Source: a virus
Reading direction: 5' to 3' (one strand)
DNA: 64,000 bases
IMG/VR virus record: IMGVR_UViG_3300043539_002606
Span: 1 to 64,000 of that record
Both the position numbers and the translations under genes were made by a program. The notes beneath the pieces are model-generated. The model was not told the DNA's origin. It saw nothing but the letters and a program-made list of their open reading frames with translations, and ran no database searches. Each line of letters begins with the position of its first letter. Position 1 is the first letter of the stretch. Shown here piece after piece: positions 15,718 through 23,557 of the stretch.

Positions 15718-18069
15718 TTAGGCAATCAAGTCCATGAACTTGCTCAGAAAGACTCGGCTTTGCTTTTTGTTAGCAGTATGCTTCGTGAACTCCTTGGCGA
15801 GCTTATTACGACCTGCGCGGCTTTCAGTATCAAGATCATTGATGCTAAAGTCATCCTCGGCTAGTTTAACTCCGGCACGAGCATCGCGCATTACGAAATA
15901 GCCGTCGAAGCCAAAGCCGCCTGGGATATAGATCACTCGCTCATTTGAAGTGCGCGAAGCTTTCATAGTCTTTTCATAGGCAGTATAACCTTCGCCCCAA
16001 GTTTTGATATTTGGAAAAGAATCGCTGCTGATATATGCATTGGAGCATTTAGCAACAAGATCTTTTTTGCCGCTAGTTGGCAAGAAGAAGCAGAGAGTGT
16101 TGCTGCCAGTGATTGCTTTAAAGTCGCGCATCAACTGACTTGCCATTGCTGCTTTATCTGTAGCTTCGCGAGCGAAAAACTTGATCTCTTTCTTATGCCA
16201 GACAAAGCTTCGTTGAGTGCTATAGCTATGGTTATGAGAATCTTTGTTATGCAGTGAATCATTGCCATTTTTAAAGACACTGAGATTGCAACCATCACCA
16301 TCGCTAATGAAAATTGTGTTCATCTTTTGCACTCCAGTTTTTGCTCTAAAGGCATTGACAAGATGTGCAGCAATGATGGTTGTTTCATAGAGAGGTGTGC
16401 CGCTCATAACTTCAAGTTGGCTGCCAAAGACATTGCTACGACCGCATGCATAGTTGAGAAAGAGCTCTTTGCTCGCAGTTTCAAAGTCGACTTTATTGAG
16501 CTCACTATTGAGAAGCTCATTGACTGTCGCCCAGCGAAAATCAATATTGTCACCAATGCGAGCTTCGCGATAGTCATAATTTTCGCTGATCGAGGTAAAG
16601 CCATAGACAACAAAAGGAACGCCAACCGCTTTGCAAAACCAAACAAGTTCAAAAGTTTGTTTGACGACATCAGAAATTACGCCCTCCATGCTTTGACTGC
16701 AATCAAGAAAGAATGCCATGCCGTGGCTTTTGCTTTGTGCTAGGCGAGATACGCTCTTGAAGATTTGGTCGTCATAGCGATAGGCATGCAGTTTGTTGAC
16801 GTTGATCTGACCAGTTGTAGCAAGAGTAGCTCTGCTATATTCAAAGGCGCTCTTTTTACGTTCGAACTCTTTGACAAAGCTTGCTACACTTGACTTGCTG
16901 CTCTTTTTGAAATCGTTCCAACGATCATTCCAGTCTGCATGAGTCATGGCATCGTTATAGCGACTCAAGCGTTTTTGACGTTCAGCACGAACTTTCTTGA
17001 TATCGTTAATGCATTTTGCAAAGTCAGATGGAATTGGAGTATTGACTGTGCTATAGTCATTGCCTTCGTGAAGCTTGTTCAATTCGCTGTCAAAGCTTTG
17101 TTGTGTCGAGCAGCTATAGTCAGCTTCTTTGGTCTGAGTTGGAACTTTGACATTTTTGCCGGCACCGGGGTTTTCAGACTTATCAGCTTGAGGCTGAGTA
17201 ATTGGCTTTTGCTCTTTTGCATCGTCTTGAGAAGCTTCAGTCGTAGACTCTGCTTCAGTGCCATCATCGACCTCGTCAGACTTCTCAGAGCTTTCAGATT
17301 TGTCGCTCTCAGATTTGTCAGATGCTGCATCGCTCTCAGAGCTTTCGCTATCATCTGCAGGCTTAGGGTGACTCAGATTTTGAGTATCGTCATCTGCTTC
17401 ATCTTCGCTTTTTTCATCGCTGCTTGGAGATGACATGTCATCTTCTTCGGACTCTTGCGGCTGGGGAATTTGAGGATTGACATTTTTGTCGCTCTCAATA
17501 AAGTCAATGATGCGGCCGCAAACTTCAAGCACATCGCTCCATGTTTGTGTAGCGTCACATGCTTCAAAGAGAGCTTGCTCTGCATCAGAAAATGTGATGC
17601 TTACTTGATCGCGCAGTTTGCCTTTGAGATTAAGGCGATCAAGAAAGCTCAGTTGAGAGAGATCTTTGCCTGCGATCTTAAAGAAGTCTTGCTCTAAGAA
17701 GTAGCTATAGCCATTGCGAAATGGACTAATAAGGCCTGGGAAATTTTCTTGCACTAGACGCTCGATGCGAATATCTTCGACAATGTTTGCAATGTCAAAT
17801 GGTGCTTTTGGATAGCGAGTCATAAACTCAGTGTGTGCTTGAACTGGAGTATGCAGCGCATGTCCAACTTCGTGGCCTACTAGCAAGTCAGCCACATTCT
17901 TATCAGAGATGTTCCAACTTGGCAGGCCGAGGATTCGGTTTTTGACATCAAAGAAGGCGGTGCTATAATTGCCTACGCGAATCATGATGTTTTCTTTAGC
18001 CAACAGGCGGGCGAGTTGCTTTTGGCTCTCGAAGTTGAAGGCTGGTTGTTTTGAGGTGGTGTTGCTCAC
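15718..18069 (-). CDS. Metallopeptidase-like + acidic linker + VWA domain protein (CobT-like partner of the MoxR ATPase); GTG start
   Basis: HEVGH zincin motif with NIVEDIRIE; S/D/E-rich linker; MIDAS motif DCSQS, GTPL and FISDGD. Confidence 0.85.
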   Translation of the reverse strand: MSNTTSKQPAFNFESQKQLARLLAKENIMIRVGNYSTAFFDVKNRILGLPSWNISDKNVADLLVGHEVGHALHTPVQAHTEFMTRYPKAPFDIANIVEDIRIERLVQENFPGLISPFRNGYSYFLEQDFFKIAGKDLSQLSFLDRLNLKGKLRDQVSITFSDAEQALFEACDATQTWSDVLEVCGRIIDFIESDKNVNPQIPQPQESEEDDMSSPSSDEKSEDEADDDTQNLSHPKPADDSESSESDAASDKSESDKSESSEKSDEVDDGTEAESTTEASQDDAKEQKPITQPQADKSENPGAGKNVKVPTQTKEADYSCSTQQSFDSELNKLHEGNDYSTVNTPIPSDFAKCINDIKKVRAERQKRLSRYNDAMTHADWNDRWNDFKKSSKSSVASFVKEFERKKSAFEYSRATLATTGQINVNKLHAYRYDDQIFKSVSRLAQSKSHGMAFFLDCSQSMEGVISDVVKQTFELVWFCKAVGVPFVVYGFTSISENYDYREARIGDNIDFRWATVNELLNSELNKVDFETASKELFLNYACGRSNVFGSQLEVMSGTPLYETTIIAAHLVNAFRAKTGVQKMNTIFISDGDGCNLSVFKNGNDSLHNKDSHNHSYSTQRSFVWHKKEIKFFAREATDKAAMASQLMRDFKAITGSNTLCFFLPTSGKKDLVAKCSNAYISSDSFPNIKTWGEGYTAYEKTMKASRTSNERVIYIPGGFGFDGYFVMRDARAGVKLAEDDFSINDLDTESRAGRNKLAKEFTKHTANKKQSRVFLSKFMDLIA

Positions 18070-18075
18070 AAGGAA

Positions 18076-18142
18076 ATAGTACCATATTTCGGGAGAAAAG
18101 TAAACAAAAAAATGATATTTTTTTCACTTTTTTTCACTTTTT
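18076..18142 (-). promoter_or_regulatory. Early promoter with an A-tract upstream element
   Basis: GTTTACT-17 nt (ending TGG)-TACTAT; GTG start 6 nt downstream. Confidence 0.7.
18121..18142. repeat. 22-bp inverted repeat, copy 2
   Basis: TTTTCACTTTTTTTCACTTTTT. Confidence 0.85.
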
Positions 18143-18173
18143 AGCCAAAGCTATGATGGGCATGGAGACAAAA

Positions 18174-18240
18174 TTTAGGGCCCCCCTGACATGGGAGGCC
18201 CCGGTTTTTAAATAACGTGCGCCCCCAGGCGGGGGAGTCA
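18174..18240. repeat. GC-rich stem-loop cluster including copy 2 of the 15-bp repeat
   Basis: TTTAGGGCCCCCCTG at 18174-18188; GGGCC-CCC...GGG-A-GGCCC; CCCCC-AGGC-GGGGG. Confidence 0.65.
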
Positions 18241-18241
18241 C

Positions 18242-19966
18242 CTACTCAGTCTCAGACTTGAGTCTCGTGAAGTTTTTCACCTTCTCAAATTCAAGCTTAC
18301 GTTCAAATTTGCCGTCCTGCATCTCGGCATTGTGCGAGATAACAAAGACTCGTGTGCTCGGATCAAGCGTCTCCATAATCTTGAATAGATTCTCAATGCC
18401 CTCACCATCCAAACTGCCATCAAATACCTCGTCAAGCATAAGCAGATTGGTATTTGCGCTATTCTTCATCTTTGAGATTTGTCTCCATGCAAAGAGCAAG
18501 CTTAAATCAATACGTGCTCTTTCGCCTTCGCTGAAACTAGCATAGCTAAAGTCATCACGATAGCGACTACGCAGGGTCTCGGTGAAATTCTCATCAAGCT
18601 CAAAGCTTACGAAAAAGTCAAGAACTTGCAAATAGTTATTGATCAGCTGATTCATGACTGGCAGATATTGGCGAATAATCTTGGTTTTAATGCCAGTGTC
18701 CTTTAGCATCTCTGCAACCACATCATTATAGTGACGGCTGTCTTGTAGATTGCTCTTAAGATCCGAGAGATTATCTCGTTGACTCTTTAGTGTTTCAAGT
18801 TCAGCTTGTGAGCTTTCAATTGCAACAGCATCAGCAATACTATCTCTGGACTTTTTACACTCAGCCAATCTCTTTTCAAGATTTCGCAAATGCAAGCTGT
18901 TTGCATGAATAGCATTTTGTAATTTGGAGAGTTCATTCATCTGCTCTGTAAGAGCTCGAGCTTTTTCTGCAGCATGTGAAATTGTTTCTGTGATGCTTGT
19001 ATCACCAGCTGCCAACTCAGTTGCTTTGTGGGTGCATGTCACAAGTGCTTTTTCTCGAGTCTCGCTAGAGATGTCCTGTGTGCAGGTAGGGCAGTGTGTA
19101 TGCTCAGAATAGAATGCGCTCTGCTCTTGCAGATCCTTGTATTTGAGTTTGATTTGGGTTTTTAGGCCTTGTAACTCTGCAATCTTTTCTCGTTGCTTAT
19201 CGAGTTTGATCTTTACATCTGGGGCATGTGCATTATAGGTTTGTAGCTTGCTTGAGTTTTCCTCTAGCACACTCGCTATTTCGGCATCAATCTCTGCAAT
19301 CTCAATCTCAAGTTTATCAGAGCTATCACCACTAATCTTTTGTAGCTTTTCAATGTGACCATGCTGCAATCGCACTCGCTCACGTAAACTCTCAAGTTGA
19401 GTCTCTGTATAGCGAAGCTGTTCTTTGAGCTTGCCTTGATTTTCTTTAAGCAGCGTATTCATTTTACTAAAGATACTAATGTCAAGCAGATCTTCAATAA
19501 CAGTACGACGCTGACCTTGGGGCAGTTGCATAAATGGTATAAAGTTACCACTGCCGAGAACAATGACCTGGTGAAAGCTCTTATGATTTAGTTTTAGGAT
19601 GTTTGTCTCAAGAATCTTTTGATAATCACGATTATGTGATTCCTGATTAAGCATCTCTCCGTCAAGCCAGATCTCAAAGATATTTGGCTTTTGACCTCGT
19701 ACTACTCGATATTGTTTGGTGCCGCAACGAAACCATATTTCAACGAGCAGACCTTTGCCGTTGATGCTATTCACAAGCTGTGTTTTGTTAATGCCTCGAT
19801 GAGGCTTGCCAAAAAGTACAAAGCTAATCGCATCAAGCAGCAAACTCTTGCCACTGCCGTTTTTTCCAACAATAAGAGTTGATCTATATCCTTCGAGATC
19901 AACTTCAATAGGAGAAGCACCAACGCTCAGGAAATTTACATATTTAATTTTTTCGAAAATGATCAT
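18242..19966 (-). CDS. gp46: Rad50/SbcC-like recombination endonuclease subunit
   Basis: GKNGSGKS, CPTC zinc hook, FSEGE signature, LDEVFD and ISH motifs. Confidence 0.97.
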   Translation of the reverse strand: MIIFEKIKYVNFLSVGASPIEVDLEGYRSTLIVGKNGSGKSLLLDAISFVLFGKPHRGINKTQLVNSINGKGLLVEIWFRCGTKQYRVVRGQKPNIFEIWLDGEMLNQESHNRDYQKILETNILKLNHKSFHQVIVLGSGNFIPFMQLPQGQRRTVIEDLLDISIFSKMNTLLKENQGKLKEQLRYTETQLESLRERVRLQHGHIEKLQKISGDSSDKLEIEIAEIDAEIASVLEENSSKLQTYNAHAPDVKIKLDKQREKIAELQGLKTQIKLKYKDLQEQSAFYSEHTHCPTCTQDISSETREKALVTCTHKATELAAGDTSITETISHAAEKARALTEQMNELSKLQNAIHANSLHLRNLEKRLAECKKSRDSIADAVAIESSQAELETLKSQRDNLSDLKSNLQDSRHYNDVVAEMLKDTGIKTKIIRQYLPVMNQLINNYLQVLDFFVSFELDENFTETLRSRYRDDFSYASFSEGERARIDLSLLFAWRQISKMKNSANTNLLMLDEVFDGSLDGEGIENLFKIMETLDPSTRVFVISHNAEMQDGKFERKLEFEKVKNFTRLKSETE

Positions 19967-21048
19967 AGACTATCAAGGGCTTGGGCTTCAACATAAAGTT
20001 CTTGCAATAATGTTTTAATTCGATCTCTGTCAAGATCTGTTTCAACAGCATCTACATAGTTATTAAGCAAACTAACTGTGTCTGTTGCAACTGTAGATTC
20101 ATCGATCGTTACATTGCTTGCATTATATTCATCAAAATTTTCAACTGTCTTTACTTCAAATGGATTTGTTGCTTGTATTGCATCAACAAATTTGTCAAAG
20201 AGATAGGGATTCTTTTTGACTCTCACAACTAGCTTGACATAGGTCGATGTTAATGCACTAAAATCATATTCAGCGAGATCAGCATAGATGTTATCATCTG
20301 CATCGCTATCATCATAAACAAGCTTATTGAAAAGAGTAATGGGATTACGAATTGCAGTTAGCTCACGAGTCTCACTATCAAGAATATGAAAATATTTTGG
20401 ATCATCACAATCTGCCCATGTTAATTCATAGGGTGTGCCAAGATAGTGTATATTTCCTTTGTCACTTTTTGTATGATAGTGACCACTCAACACACTCTCA
20501 TAGCGAGAGAAAAGTTCTGCGTTCATGCCATGACTTGCAGCTGGCATGCCTTTCATCATCTCAAAGCCAGCAAGCTCTAGATGTGCACCAAGTATTGGAG
20601 CTTGGGCAGTTTGTATAAATTCAATGCTGCTAGCATAATTCTCTGGATTAATCCATGGCAGCAGTGCAATCTTTAATCCATCATAATCCAAAATTGTTGG
20701 ACTCATATGCAGCTTAATAACATCGCTATGCAACATGACAATCTCTTGCAAGCTGCAGACATCGTTTGTGCTCTTGTAATAGACATCATGGTTGCCAGGA
20801 ATAATATTCATCGTCATGCCATATTCACGAAGCTTTTCAATGAAATTGGCTTTGTTTGCAGCCAATGCTTTGATGTTCGTAAATTTGCGATGATCATAAT
20901 AATCACCTAGATGCAGGATTTCAGTGATGCCTTGTTTTTTACATTCAGGAAAAAATACTTCATCATAGAATCTCTTTTCATTGTTAATAAAGACATCGCT
21001 GCCATTTTTGATCCCGCTATGGGTATCTGTGATAATAGCTATTTTCAT
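19963..21048 (-). CDS. gp47: Mre11/SbcD-like recombination nuclease subunit
   Basis: ITDTH, HLGD, PGNHD, AHLEL and SGHYH motifs. Confidence 0.97.
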   Translation of the reverse strand: MKIAIITDTHSGIKNGSDVFINNEKRFYDEVFFPECKKQGITEILHLGDYYDHRKFTNIKALAANKANFIEKLREYGMTMNIIPGNHDVYYKSTNDVCSLQEIVMLHSDVIKLHMSPTILDYDGLKIALLPWINPENYASSIEFIQTAQAPILGAHLELAGFEMMKGMPAASHGMNAELFSRYESVLSGHYHTKSDKGNIHYLGTPYELTWADCDDPKYFHILDSETRELTAIRNPITLFNKLVYDDSDADDNIYADLAEYDFSALTSTYVKLVVRVKKNPYLFDKFVDAIQATNPFEVKTVENFDEYNASNVTIDESTVATDTVSLLNNYVDAVETDLDRDRIKTLLQELYVEAQALDSL

Positions 21049-21689
21049 AGTGTTGCAAAGAAATCACTCAATGGACCAAGTTCTGGTGTTTTTTTAGCTG
21101 GTCGACCTCTTTTCTTTTTGGTCGGCAATGGCTCATGATCCTTAACGCTGCAAAGATCATCATTATAAAAGTCTCCATCAAGTTTATGACGAGCTCGTTC
21201 AATCATGCTCTCTCCGATCTGACCGCTGTCGTCACCAAAGTCTGCAAATGAATCAAGACTTGAACCTTCAATAAGTTTCTGCTTAATCTCGGTTTGTTTC
21301 TTTTCTTTTTCAATGCGTCTCAAAAAGGCATAATAACTGATTTGGGTAAAATAGCTAAATGCATTTGGTGTGCCAGTTCGAGTAGGAGCATCAATATTAA
21401 AGTTATTGACAACCTTAATGCAATTCTCAACTGCATCCATAACCATATCATCTCGATAGCTATAGTTCATGAAGTTGGGACTTCTTGATAAGCCATTGGC
21501 AATCTGATAAATCCCCAATGCAATATAGTCTGTAACTACTGGATCCTCAATGCCGCTTGCTCGGGCAGTTTTAACGCTTTGAACATATGAGGCCAAAGCC
21601 AAACTAAGTTCTTTATTGTTAATATAATCGGATCCTTCTTTTCTTTTACGTGTACTTTTTACTTTTTTTGGTTGATCTTCTTCAATCAT
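21045..21689 (-). CDS. gp55: Late-transcription sigma factor (probable start MIEED at 21689)
   Basis: YINNKEL, NFMNYSYRDDMVMDAVENC and NAFSYFTQISYYAFLRRIEKEKK motifs. Confidence 0.96.
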   Translation of the reverse strand: MIEEDQPKKVKSTRKRKEGSDYINNKELSLALASYVQSVKTARASGIEDPVVTDYIALGIYQIANGLSRSPNFMNYSYRDDMVMDAVENCIKVVNNFNIDAPTRTGTPNAFSYFTQISYYAFLRRIEKEKKQTEIKQKLIEGSSLDSFADFGDDSGQIGESMIERARHKLDGDFYNDDLCSVKDHEPLPTKKKRGRPAKKTPELGPLSDFFATL

Positions 21690-21696
21690 GCTATCT

Positions 21697-21725
21697 AGTA
21701 TACCACAAAACAAAAGTTTGTAAAC
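21697..21725 (-). promoter_or_regulatory. Early promoter for gp55-47-46
   Basis: GTTTAC-17 nt (ending TGG)-TATACT; ATG 7 nt downstream. Confidence 0.7.
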
Positions 21726-21747
21726 AATTATTTTTATGAATTTTTTG

Positions 21748-21776
21748 GTTTACAAACAATCAGATTCATGTATAAT
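21748..21776 (+). promoter_or_regulatory. Antisense-oriented sigma70-type promoter, copy 1
   Basis: GTTTAC-17 nt-TATAAT, divergent from the gp55 promoter. Confidence 0.75.
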
Positions 21777-21815
21777 AGGTGCCATGCACCTTCGGCTGAA
21801 TGTAATGAAGCCGAT
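21768..21815 (+). repeat. 48-bp exact repeat, copy 1 (-10 box plus two hairpins)
   Basis: ATGTATAATAGGTGCCATGCACCTTCGGCTGAATGTAATGAAGCCGAT, identical to 35162-35209. Confidence 0.95.
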
Positions 21816-21879
21816 AGATGTTGCTGATTGTTTGCTCTTAAAATATCTATAATGATATTATAATCTCATAAGAGCATGA

Positions 21880-22893
21880 TTATTCTTTAATCTTTCGAAA
21901 GCCAAGTAAGGTATGTTTTACTGCCATCCACATGTCTAGATACTTATAGTTGCTTAATCTGCCTGTAAACATTACATTCTTTTCTTCGGCTTTAAGCTTT
22001 TCATATTGGGAGTATTGACGCTGTGCATCTCCCCATGGTATTGGATAATAAGGTATATCATTCTCTCTTGCCTCTTTTGGCAATTCGCTTGTAATGACAG
22101 TCAAGCCTTTATGATCTGGGTTAAAATAGCTATGATCATAGATTCTTGTATATGGCACATCAGCTCTATTTTGATTGACAATAAATGTTTCTTGTTTTGG
22201 AACAAATGCCTTATGATGAAATTCCAAACTACGATATGGCAATCGTCCATAGCAATAGTCATAATATTCATCAATTTTTCCAGTATAGACCAATAGATCT
22301 CGAGGAGCAGATTTCCATGCATCACCATCGGAGTTTATATGCACAGTTATATTCTCATGATCAAGCATGCTGGCAAACATAGCGCTATAGCCATGCTTTG
22401 GCAAGCACTGATATTTTTGATGTCGAAACCATGTTGGATTTTCATCATCTGCTGTTTGAGGTATGCGATTTGTAATGGTTTGTGGGATTTCTTCAAATGG
22501 CACACCCCATTGTTTTTCGCTATATTCCTTAAAGAAATATTCTCGAATCTCCTCTGGCTCAAGTTCTCGACCCAGTGCTGCAACTGTTGCCCGTGAATAT
22601 GGCAATGGCACAACTCCCAATCGAGTATCTCCTAATGGTCTTAATTCAAATGGAATCCATTCAGTGAATCGACTCAAAAATTCAAAAACCTCTTCATCAT
22701 CAGTATGAAAAATATGAGGACCATAGGTGTGTACTCTTACGTGACCCATTAACTGATCTGCACAATTGCCTCCAATATGATCACGTGATTCATATATTGT
22801 TACGTTCGCGCCAGCATCAGCAAAGCATCGAGCAGCTGTGCAGCCACTTAGGCCTGCTCCAACCACTACTATATTTTTATTAACATATTCCAT
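21880..22893 (-). CDS. glf: UDP-galactopyranose mutase (FAD-dependent pyranose-to-furanose mutase)
   Basis: VVGAGLSG, IGGNC, HTYGPHIFHT, YSEKQWG, YTGKID, LPYRSL, YTRI, PYYP and GRLSNYKYLDM motifs. Confidence 0.93.
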   Translation of the reverse strand: MEYVNKNIVVVGAGLSGCTAARCFADAGANVTIYESRDHIGGNCADQLMGHVRVHTYGPHIFHTDDEEVFEFLSRFTEWIPFELRPLGDTRLGVVPLPYSRATVAALGRELEPEEIREYFFKEYSEKQWGVPFEEIPQTITNRIPQTADDENPTWFRHQKYQCLPKHGYSAMFASMLDHENITVHINSDGDAWKSAPRDLLVYTGKIDEYYDYCYGRLPYRSLEFHHKAFVPKQETFIVNQNRADVPYTRIYDHSYFNPDHKGLTVITSELPKEARENDIPYYPIPWGDAQRQYSQYEKLKAEEKNVMFTGRLSNYKYLDMWMAVKHTLLGFRKIKE

Positions 22894-23557
22894 TGTCTTT
22901 TGCATATCTATAGACTAATTCTTCTTGATATTTTGTATCTGTATATGTTGCAATAATTTCATCGAGATTCTCATGAAATGCCTTTGCTATTTTCTTCATA
23001 TTCTGAAGATCACCACAATAAAAATTATCAACACCAATTACTGATCTGCTTAATCTTGGATGTCTAAAGACGAACTCTCTGGTAAAAATTAATTTATTGC
23101 ATATTGACATATTTGCTTGACATATTGGTCGGGTGAAATAGTCCCAACGTGTATTAATGATTCTAAAATAATCATCTGGTATTTTCTCTAATCCGCTGTG
23201 TATGCCAGCCCACATATTTTTCCAACTTATTTTTGGTATTTTACTTTGACAAATTTGACCATCAATCGTTTGATGTAGTTTTAATTTGCTATCATCAAGA
23301 ATCGTGATATTTTTAATAATATCCTTATGCTCAATAAAATAGTGTTCAATAAGATTTGGAGTAACAATCAATTTTGCACTATTATTGACTTCGCGATAGC
23401 TGCTATCAGCTTCAGCATATTTCCAACTTTGACAATAGACGTGTAAATCAACATCGCGTTTGCTTCTTAAATTTTGTACAAATTCCTTTAGACTTGGACT
23501 AAATAAGCCATCACGAATATGTCCTCGAATATAAAGGGCTATTTTGTGTTTGTTCAT
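22880..23557 (-). CDS. Hypothetical protein overlapping glf and uvsW; possibly a nucleotide-sugar-dependent transferase
   Basis: IALYIRGHIR start, INTRWD and GVDNFY motifs. The function is inferred from context only. Confidence 0.6.
   Translation of the reverse strand: MNKHKIALYIRGHIRDGLFSPSLKEFVQNLRSKRDVDLHVYCQSWKYAEADSSYREVNNSAKLIVTPNLIEHYFIEHKDIIKNITILDDSKLKLHQTIDGQICQSKIPKISWKNMWAGIHSGLEKIPDDYFRIINTRWDYFTRPICQANMSICNKLIFTREFVFRHPRLSRSVIGVDNFYCGDLQNMKKIAKAFHENLDEIIATYTDTKYQEELVYRYAKDNGIC

Noticed and set aside
14123-18069. Cobalamin biosynthesis (cobaltochelatase CobST) as an auxiliary metabolic pathway
   Set aside because: No CobN or other cob genes in the window; better read as a generic MoxR-VWA pair
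15660-18142. IS element or transposon bounded by the 22-bp inverted repeats
   Set aside because: No transposase or recombinase, no target-site duplication, and the repeats are low-complexity promoter-upstream tracts; kept only as a regulatory finding
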